A program made the position numbers and the translations under genes. This document shows positions 40,881-46,753 of a stretch of DNA of 46,753 bases, piece by piece. This DNA is from Desulfonema limicola (GTDB taxonomy: Bacteria > Desulfobacterota > Desulfobacteria > Desulfobacterales > Desulfosalsimonadaceae). Within the stretch, counting starts at the first letter, position 1; every line of letters begins with the position of its first letter. The notes under the pieces are model-generated. The model saw only the letters and a list, made by a program, of their open reading frames with translations, was not told where the DNA came from and did not search any database. The stretch lies in assembly GCA_020722245.1 (NCBI GenBank), contig DYLE01000001.1, positions 1 through 46,753 on the forward strand, in the 5' to 3' direction.

Positions 40881-41498
40881 ATGACGTCATCACTTGAAAA
40901 GGCAAAACAGAATCCGGATTCCATGAAGGCAAGGATACTGACCGCGGCGCGCCGGATTTTCGGAGAATACGGTTTTCACGGCACCACCACGCGCATGATC
41001 GCCAAGGCGGTGGACATCGACATCTCCACCCTCTATTACCACTGGGGGGAAAAGGGGGACCTCTATGAGGCGGTGATCTGTGATATCAACGAAGGGCTTC
41101 GACAGAAGCTGATCGAGGTGGAGAAAATGATCAAGGGGCGTCCCCTGGCCGAGCGGATTGAGATCGCGGTGGAAGAGATGGCGGATTATTTGTTTGCAAA
41201 CCCGGAGATATCCAACCTTACCCTTTTTCGATATTTCACCAAGACCCGGCATAAAAGCCTGCTGGATTTCAGGGTGCCGGAATTCATCTCCGACATCGCC
41301 TATTCCATGGGGCTGTCCACGGACCGCAAGAACGTTCCGGTGGACGCGAAGATGAAGGTGTTATCCATCATGAACGCCATTCATAACTTTGTTTCCGGTG
41401 AGAATTTTTTCCGGCCCATGCTGAAACTGGACCGGGAAAGCTATATCAAGGAGGCCAAGGAAACCTTAAAGTTTTTCAACCTCTCCGCCTTTACCTAA
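40881..41498 (+). CDS. TetR/AcrR family transcriptional regulator
   Basis: N-terminal HTH ARILTAARRIFGEYGFHGTTTRMIAKAVDIDISTLYYHWG. Confidence 0.9.
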   Translation: MTSSLEKAKQNPDSMKARILTAARRIFGEYGFHGTTTRMIAKAVDIDISTLYYHWGEKGDLYEAVICDINEGLRQKLIEVEKMIKGRPLAERIEIAVEEMADYLFANPEISNLTLFRYFTKTRHKSLLDFRVPEFISDIAYSMGLSTDRKNVPVDAKMKVLSIMNAIHNFVSGENFFRPMLKLDRESYIKEAKETLKFFNLSAFT

Positions 41499-41510
41499 AA
41501 ATTTGCACTC

Positions 41511-42233
41511 TCAGTCCTGAACCATCAGAAACAGCGATTCGATAAACTCAGGATCCTCGGTATCGATCACGGCAAGGATCTGCTTGTGCAGCCTTTTTTT
41601 ATGCTCCCCGAAGATCCCCCTTTTTTTCCGAAAGGTTCTGGCAAAGGCCAGGGATTCGGCCATCAGCCGGTCTGCGTCCGGGCAGGACTTTTCGATCACG
41701 TGGCTGGCCTCAAGCTCGGCGGCGGCAACCCTTCTTCCCGTGAGTTTCATTTCATTGAACTTGTAGTAGGGGATGGCCTTTTTAACAAAGGCGATCATGC
41801 CGGGAAGGAAGGGGATGCCCAGGTCCACCTCCGGAAAACAAAAGTAGCCCCGGTCGGCGCGCATCAGCCTGAAATCGCAGGCGCAGGCCAGGATGGCGCC
41901 GTTGCCGAAGGCGTGCCCGTTGATGGAGGCGATGGCCGGGACGGGGAGGAGCAGCAGCTTCTTAAAAACCGAGTTCATGCCGTAAAGAAACCCCTTGACG
42001 TTCTGAAGGTTCTGATCCTGCAGCTGCCTGCCCAGCCAGTCGACATCCACCCCCAGGGACCAGTACTTTTCGCTGGTTGAGGTGATCACGGCGGCGGTGA
42101 TGGTTTTGTCCGCCACCACCGCATCCAGGACCGCGTTCATTGAATCGGCGAACTCCAGGTTCTGCCGGTTCTCCCGGTTGTTCATTCGGATTACGGCGAC
42201 GGTTTCATCCTTTTCCCATTCAATAATCGACAT
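41511..42233 (-). CDS. Enoyl-CoA hydratase/isomerase family protein
   Basis: MSIIEWEKDETVAVIRMNNRENRQN..., GHAFGNGAILACACDFRLM, CFPEVDLGIPF. ATG 42233 is preferred (GGGGGAG upstream). The ORF-track start is 42320. Confidence 0.88.
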   Translation of the reverse strand: MSIIEWEKDETVAVIRMNNRENRQNLEFADSMNAVLDAVVADKTITAAVITSTSEKYWSLGVDVDWLGRQLQDQNLQNVKGFLYGMNSVFKKLLLLPVPAIASINGHAFGNGAILACACDFRLMRADRGYFCFPEVDLGIPFLPGMIAFVKKAIPYYKFNEMKLTGRRVAAAELEASHVIEKSCPDADRLMAESLAFARTFRKKRGIFGEHKKRLHKQILAVIDTEDPEFIESLFLMVQD

Positions 42234-42255
42234 GCGCTCCCCCTTGAGCCGGCGG

Positions 42256-42666
42256 TCAGCTCTTGTTTTGAATCTCCGCCAGCCGGTTTTCGATTTTTTG
42301 CCGAATAGACAGCAGGTCATCCTTTAAGGTCTGCAGCGATTCCATCCGTTCATCGATCTCGGCCAGTTTTTTTTCTCCGTATTCCAGGCTTTTTTTAAGC
42401 TGGTCCTCTTCCTTCATGTCCACGTTGGCCAGGCCGATCATTTCTGAAATTTCATTTAAGGAATAACCCAGCCGTTTTCCGCGAAGGATCAGCTTCAACC
42501 GCGCCCGGTTTCTTTTGGTGTAGACCCGGTGATTGCCCTTGCTGCGTTCGGGCATGATCAGCCCTTTTTCCTCATAAAATCGTATGGACCGGGTGCTGAT
42601 GTCCAGCTCATTGGCCAGCTCGGAGATGGTAAATCTCGTTTTTTCCTTTGGTTTTTTTCCCGACAT
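42256..42666 (-). CDS. MerR family transcriptional regulator (LiuR-like)
   Basis: FTISELANELDISTRSIRFYEEKGLI HTH plus a C-terminal coiled coil. It lies 22 nt upstream of the crotonase gene on the same strand. Confidence 0.88.
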   Translation of the reverse strand: MSGKKPKEKTRFTISELANELDISTRSIRFYEEKGLIMPERSKGNHRVYTKRNRARLKLILRGKRLGYSLNEISEMIGLANVDMKEEDQLKKSLEYGEKKLAEIDERMESLQTLKDDLLSIRQKIENRLAEIQNKS

Positions 42667-42736
42667 GCGGCGCCTCGTTTTATTGTGGAATGCTCTTACG
42701 GGTTCTGTTTTTTTACCTCATATAACCTTTGGGATT

Positions 42737-44083
42737 TCAGGTCAACTTTTTGACGACCTTTCCGAACATGGCGTTTGGGTGGAGCATTTTTTCAATCCGG
42801 CAGAACACGATTTGATTTTTAAAGCCGTCGTCACCCTCCGTCAGGACCTTTATATAGTTTCCGCTGACCCCTTTTAGCAGCTTGGTTTTCGGGTCCCTTT
42901 TAGTTTCAATGATCACCTCCAGGGTTTTGCCGATCATTTTTTGATAAAAGTTCATTTTTTTGGCCTGTCCCAGTTGAAACAGCCGATGGCGTCTGGCTTT
43001 CATCACGTCGGGCGGGACCTGATCGGCATACCGGCTTGCCGGAGCGGGAGGGCGCGGCGAAAAGGGAAAGATATGAAGATAGGTGATCGGAAGTTTTTCA
43101 ATCAGAGCGCAGGTGCGGTTGAAGGACTGATCGGTTTCGCCGGGAAAACCGACCAGGGTGTCGATACCGATGGCGGCATCAGGGAGGGTCTGATGGATTT
43201 TTTCAACCAGGGCTTGGAACATCTTCGGATCATAGGGTCTGTGCATCCGTTGAAGGATATCGCTGTCGCCGCTTTGAAGCGGGATGTGAAAGTGAGGGCA
43301 GACCCGGCCGGAATCGGCCGTAAAATTGATGATCTCGCCGGTCAGTTCCGGAGGTTCGATGGAGCTGATGCGAACCCGGTGGATCAGGTCCTCCTGATGA
43401 ATGCGGATCAGAAGATTCATCAGATTGCTGGAAGGAAAGAGGTCCGTACCGTAGCGGCCCAGGTGAATGCCGGTTAAAACCACCTCGCGGGCAAAATGTG
43501 CGGCGTGATGTTGAATCCGGCGAACTGTTTCATCGGGTTCCAGGCTGCGGCTGTGCCCGCGGGTGTAGGGGATGATGCAGTAGCTGCAAAACTGATCGCA
43601 GCCGTCCTGGATCTTGATAAACGGTCGGGTCCTCTGGCCGGCTTGCGGCAGGGGAAGCGGGTCGAACCGGGTCCGGTCACAAAGGCTGTGGGTGATGACA
43701 AGCGGGCCGCCGCTCTTGCATTTTTTTCCGTATTCAACCATTTCAGGGATCCGGTGCTTGTCTGAATTCCCGATGATATAATCGAGCCCCCTGATGCCGG
43801 CAATCGCCTCGGGTTCGGACTGGGCATAGCAGCCGGTGGCCACGATGACGGCTTCGGGATTTTCCCGGATCGCTTTTCGAACGGCCTGCCTGGACTGCAT
43901 GGCCGCCCTCTGGGTTACGGTACAGGTATTGATGATACACAGGTCAGCGGGTTCGCCATGTTCGGCCGAACCCCAGCCGAGGTTTGCCAGCCCGGCCTGC
44001 AGGGCCTCGGATTCAGACTGGTTGACCTTGCAGCCCAGGGTGATCAAAGATGCTTTCGGGAAGGGGGCGTTTTTTTTATTCAT
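42737..44083 (-). CDS. mtaB: tRNA t6A37 methylthiotransferase (radical SAM MiaB/MtaB family)
   Basis: N-terminal UPF0004 Cys triad (LGCKVNQSE, NTCTVT, TGCYAQ), radical-SAM CDQFCSYC, C-terminal TRAM-like region. Confidence 0.85.
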   Translation of the reverse strand: MNKKNAPFPKASLITLGCKVNQSESEALQAGLANLGWGSAEHGEPADLCIINTCTVTQRAAMQSRQAVRKAIRENPEAVIVATGCYAQSEPEAIAGIRGLDYIIGNSDKHRIPEMVEYGKKCKSGGPLVITHSLCDRTRFDPLPLPQAGQRTRPFIKIQDGCDQFCSYCIIPYTRGHSRSLEPDETVRRIQHHAAHFAREVVLTGIHLGRYGTDLFPSSNLMNLLIRIHQEDLIHRVRISSIEPPELTGEIINFTADSGRVCPHFHIPLQSGDSDILQRMHRPYDPKMFQALVEKIHQTLPDAAIGIDTLVGFPGETDQSFNRTCALIEKLPITYLHIFPFSPRPPAPASRYADQVPPDVMKARRHRLFQLGQAKKMNFYQKMIGKTLEVIIETKRDPKTKLLKGVSGNYIKVLTEGDDGFKNQIVFCRIEKMLHPNAMFGKVVKKLT

Positions 44084-45110
44084 CGATCCAGCCGCCGGCG
44101 ATCACCTCATCCCCTTGATAGCACACGGCGACCTGCCCGGGGGTAACAGCCGCCTGGGGACGATTGAACCGAATACTTGCGGTGTTATTGCGAAGCGGGG
44201 TCAGAAGGGCCGGCGCCTCCTTTTGTCGATAGCGGATCCGCGTCAAGACCTCAACCGGTTGCGTCGGTTTCGGGCCGATCCAGTTGATCCCGGAAATCCT
44301 TAAATCGGTTTTGTAGAGTTCCTCTTTATGCCCCACCACCAGCCGATTGTGGCGGATGTCTATTTTTAAAACATAATAAGGCTGAAGGGCCGGGCAGTGA
44401 ATCCCCCGCCTTTGTCCGATGGTATACTGGTGCAGCCCGTTGTGAAAACCCAGGACTTCACCCGTGGTGGTAACAATGGCGCCGGGTTTTACGGGAACCT
44501 TCTTTTGGGAGGCGATAAATGCGGCGTAATCGTTGTCCCTGATAAAGCAGATGTCCTGGCTTTCGTTTTTTTTGGCAGGGATCAGGTTGTTTTTTTGCGC
44601 CAGCCCAAGCACCTGTTTTTTGGTTAGGTGGCCCAGGGGAAAACAGGCTGCGGAAAGCTGTTTCTGGGACAGCAGGGAGAGGAAATAGGACTGATCCTTT
44701 GCAGGGTCCACCCCTTTTTTCAACCGCCAGATGCGGCTTGAATCCTTTTCAACCCTGGCGTAATGCCCGGTAGCCAGGCGGACGGCGCCCAGCCTGGCCG
44801 CGGCCCGGTGCAGGACCCCGAACTTGATCACTGAATTGCAGACCGCACAGGGGTTGGGGGTTTTGCCGGACAGGTAGCTGGAGATAAAATAGTCCACGAT
44901 ATTTTTGCGAAAGGCCTGTCGGCAGTCGATCATGCGAAGGGGAATGTCCAGCTGGTTTGCGAGGTTTAAAACCTCCTGCGGGAGTCCGGCTTTTTCATAG
45001 CCGGTAAAGAAATGCAGACCGATCAACTCCTGATTTTTTTGTTTTAAAAGAAAGGCGGCGACAAGGGAGTCGATCCCCCCGCTTAATGCCACGGCGATCT
45101 TGGGTGTCAT
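44076..45110 (-). CDS. mnmA: tRNA 2-thiouridine(34) synthase MnmA, CxxC (C-type) variant
   Basis: PP-loop ALSGGIDS, NPCAVCNSVIKF, and the second catalytic Cys in SQDICFI. Overlaps mtaB by 8 nt. Confidence 0.9.
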   Translation of the reverse strand: MTPKIAVALSGGIDSLVAAFLLKQKNQELIGLHFFTGYEKAGLPQEVLNLANQLDIPLRMIDCRQAFRKNIVDYFISSYLSGKTPNPCAVCNSVIKFGVLHRAAARLGAVRLATGHYARVEKDSSRIWRLKKGVDPAKDQSYFLSLLSQKQLSAACFPLGHLTKKQVLGLAQKNNLIPAKKNESQDICFIRDNDYAAFIASQKKVPVKPGAIVTTTGEVLGFHNGLHQYTIGQRRGIHCPALQPYYVLKIDIRHNRLVVGHKEELYKTDLRISGINWIGPKPTQPVEVLTRIRYRQKEAPALLTPLRNNTASIRFNRPQAAVTPGQVAVCYQGDEVIAGGWIDE

Positions 45111-45535
45111 TCAAAAAAAGCTTCGGCTACCGGCTGGACTTTCATGGCGCGGGTGAGGCAGGCGCGAATGCACAGCTCGCAGACGCTGCATTTTTTTTTG
45201 TCAAACTGCACCCACATTTCAGGTCGTTTAATCGAAAGGGCTCCGGTGGGGCATACCGCCGTGCAGGCGCCGCAATGGATGCACCGGTCCTCATCGCGGG
45301 TGACCTCCTGGGATGCATTTTTGACAAGCACCCCCTGGTCCCTGAGGTATTGGATTCCGGCCTTGAAGTTTTTTTTGGGGCCGGAAAGCTCCAGCACCAT
45401 GATCCCCTCCTTGCGGGGGAGTATGGTGGCCTTAAGGATATTGAAGGTCAGGTCATAGAGCTTGGTCAGGTTGCAGACGACCGGTTTCTCAACCTCCCGG
45501 GTGGGAAAATGAAGAATCAGGAGCCTTGAATACAA
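45107..45535 (-). CDS. NIL domain plus 2x[4Fe-4S] ferredoxin domain protein
   Basis: N-terminal NIL-like LILHFPTREVEKPVVCNLTKLYDLTFNILKA. Two clusters, CIHCGACTAVCP and CSVCELCIRAC. TTG start. 4-nt overlap with mnmA. Confidence 0.8.
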   Translation of the reverse strand: MYSRLLILHFPTREVEKPVVCNLTKLYDLTFNILKATILPRKEGIMVLELSGPKKNFKAGIQYLRDQGVLVKNASQEVTRDEDRCIHCGACTAVCPTGALSIKRPEMWVQFDKKKCSVCELCIRACLTRAMKVQPVAEAFFE

Positions 45536-45543
45536 GTTTGACC

Positions 45544-46548
45544 TCAGAACAGATAGCTTAAGCTCAGCTCGCCGATGACGATGAACTCCTGGTCGTCATC
45601 CTCATGATCTCTATCGGGGTGTTTTTCCCGGTTTTTTTTGTCCATGTCCCACTCCCAGTCCGCATAGCCGACGCCGCCGCCGATGTTGAGATTTAATCGG
45701 TCAATAAGATGTAACCGGTATCCGATAAGGACGCCGCCGCCGACCCCATCCTCCTCTCCGCCCTTGCGGTCCACCTCATACCAGCCGCCGACAAGTGCCA
45801 GGTAGGGGGTGCTTCCCTCGGGGTGCAGGTAATAGCCCAGACCGCCCGCGATACCGTCATCACTTGCCAGTGCCCTAAAAAACAAATGAGAATAGGAAAC
45901 CTCGAAGCCGCCGCCAAGCTCCAGATCCTCATCGCTGCCGCCGACACCGATAACAGGGCCGATATGGAACTTTCTTCCTTCCGCAGCCGGTTTTTCCTGT
46001 TCTGTCGGCTTTGCTTCCTCCGTTGCGGCCGGGGCAGCGGTTTCAACCCCTTGCGGCAGCTCGGACATGGCGAGAAGGGATTTGAGGTTTTCAGGAGGGA
46101 CCTTTTGGGCAAACTCATCCTGCTCGCCCTCGAAATCGGTCACTGCGGTTTGAATCACGTTGCCGGTTTTTACATCCACCAGGGAGGTTTCAAGGGAATA
46201 CAGGTTGCCGATATGACCGAAAATCCCGTAAATCACGTAATCCATGCCCAATAGCCTCCCCTGTTCCACCGCGCATTCCACATCGGTACATTTTTTAATG
46301 CTTTTGTCCCCTTCAGAGATTTTTTTGATCATCTCTCCCTGATCCAGCAGGTTATAGACGCCGACCTGATTCAGGATTTCGGCAAACCGGTTGGTTATGT
46401 AACGTGAACTGATTTTTTCGGAAAGAGCTTCATCCGAGCTGAACATCAATACGGCGCAGCTTGGCTTCTCAGCGGAGTTTCCCGGTTTTGCAAAAGCCAA
46501 AACAAAGCAGATCGAGAGAAACAGGCATGCTAATTTTTTGCGGCTCAT
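45544..46548 (-). CDS. Secreted protein: LpoB/CsgG-like N-terminal domain, Ala/Glu/Pro-rich linker, small C-terminal beta-barrel-like domain
   Basis: Signal peptide MSRKKLACLFLSICFVLAFA. CAVLMFSS...GMDYVIYGIFGHIGNLYSLETSLVDVKTGNV resembles LpoB/CsgG-type periplasmic modules. Gly-rich alternating C-terminus ending in LSLSYLF. Confidence 0.65.
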   Translation of the reverse strand: MSRKKLACLFLSICFVLAFAKPGNSAEKPSCAVLMFSSDEALSEKISSRYITNRFAEILNQVGVYNLLDQGEMIKKISEGDKSIKKCTDVECAVEQGRLLGMDYVIYGIFGHIGNLYSLETSLVDVKTGNVIQTAVTDFEGEQDEFAQKVPPENLKSLLAMSELPQGVETAAPAATEEAKPTEQEKPAAEGRKFHIGPVIGVGGSDEDLELGGGFEVSYSHLFFRALASDDGIAGGLGYYLHPEGSTPYLALVGGWYEVDRKGGEEDGVGGGVLIGYRLHLIDRLNLNIGGGVGYADWEWDMDKKNREKHPDRDHEDDDQEFIVIGELSLSYLF

Positions 46549-46753
46549 TTCTTTAAGCTCCCTTGTTTATAGGGTGGTCTGCTAATAAATCAAGGTTTAA
46601 CCGATCACATCCCATGTGGCGGATAGCTCTGCTTCTGTTTTAAAAATACTAATAGAAATTTTAGATTTATTTAAGCTAAATTTCAACAAAATTAATTTAA
46701 CCCAAAATCCGCGATTGATTTTACGCGGGGTGGTTTTTCCGGATCGTGAGGGC

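Overview
46.75-kb chromosomal window, moderately GC-rich. The gene content (tungsten-type aldehyde:ferredoxin oxidoreductase, NIL-ferredoxin, ThyX, many CoA-ester enzymes) suggests an anaerobic Desulfobacterales-like deltaproteobacterium; this taxonomic guess is inference only. I support about 38 protein-coding genes. I found no rRNA, tRNA, CRISPR array, transposase, integrase, phage or recognisable defence genes. Blocks: (1) 179-5105: acetoacetyl-CoA synthetase, a Cys-rich unknown, a crotonase, a small membrane protein and a CDF metal exporter. (2) 6244-9128: FMN oxidoreductase plus a CoA-transferase::Pat-type GNAT fusion. (3) 9129-19981 (minus strand): five-gene glycogen operon with a eukaryote-type branching enzyme, GT5 synthase, GT35 phosphorylase, a stand-alone CBM48 protein and a 1436-aa GH13::GH133 debranching-type fusion. 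(4) 20299-23271: CoADR/Nox-type flavoprotein, acyl-ACP thioesterase, ThyX. (5) 23657-27233 (minus strand): envelope-lipid operon (DUF4404-like, lysophospholipase-like hydrolase, AI-2E permease, LpxR). (6) 27712-42666: the most unusual part, a lipid/branched-acyl-CoA supercluster. Its domain inventory mirrors peroxisomal branched-chain beta-oxidation: AMACR-like racemase, MFE-2-like hydratase-dehydrogenase-SCP2, SCPx-type thiolase, three SCP2 domains. It is combined with a thiolase / HMG-CoA-synthase-like / DUF35 arrangement in which the HMGCS-like domain appears to have lost its catalytic Cys, and with an alcohol dehydrogenase-SCP2-AOR operon. (7) 42737-46548 (minus strand): OMP, NIL-ferredoxin, MnmA, MtaB operon. 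Three copies of a modular, strongly structured intergenic repeat occur at 1-148, 5901-6177 and 23309-23655. The last two are in inverted orientation and bracket 17 kb. All functional calls come from by-eye motif and family recognition in the supplied translations; no searches were run.
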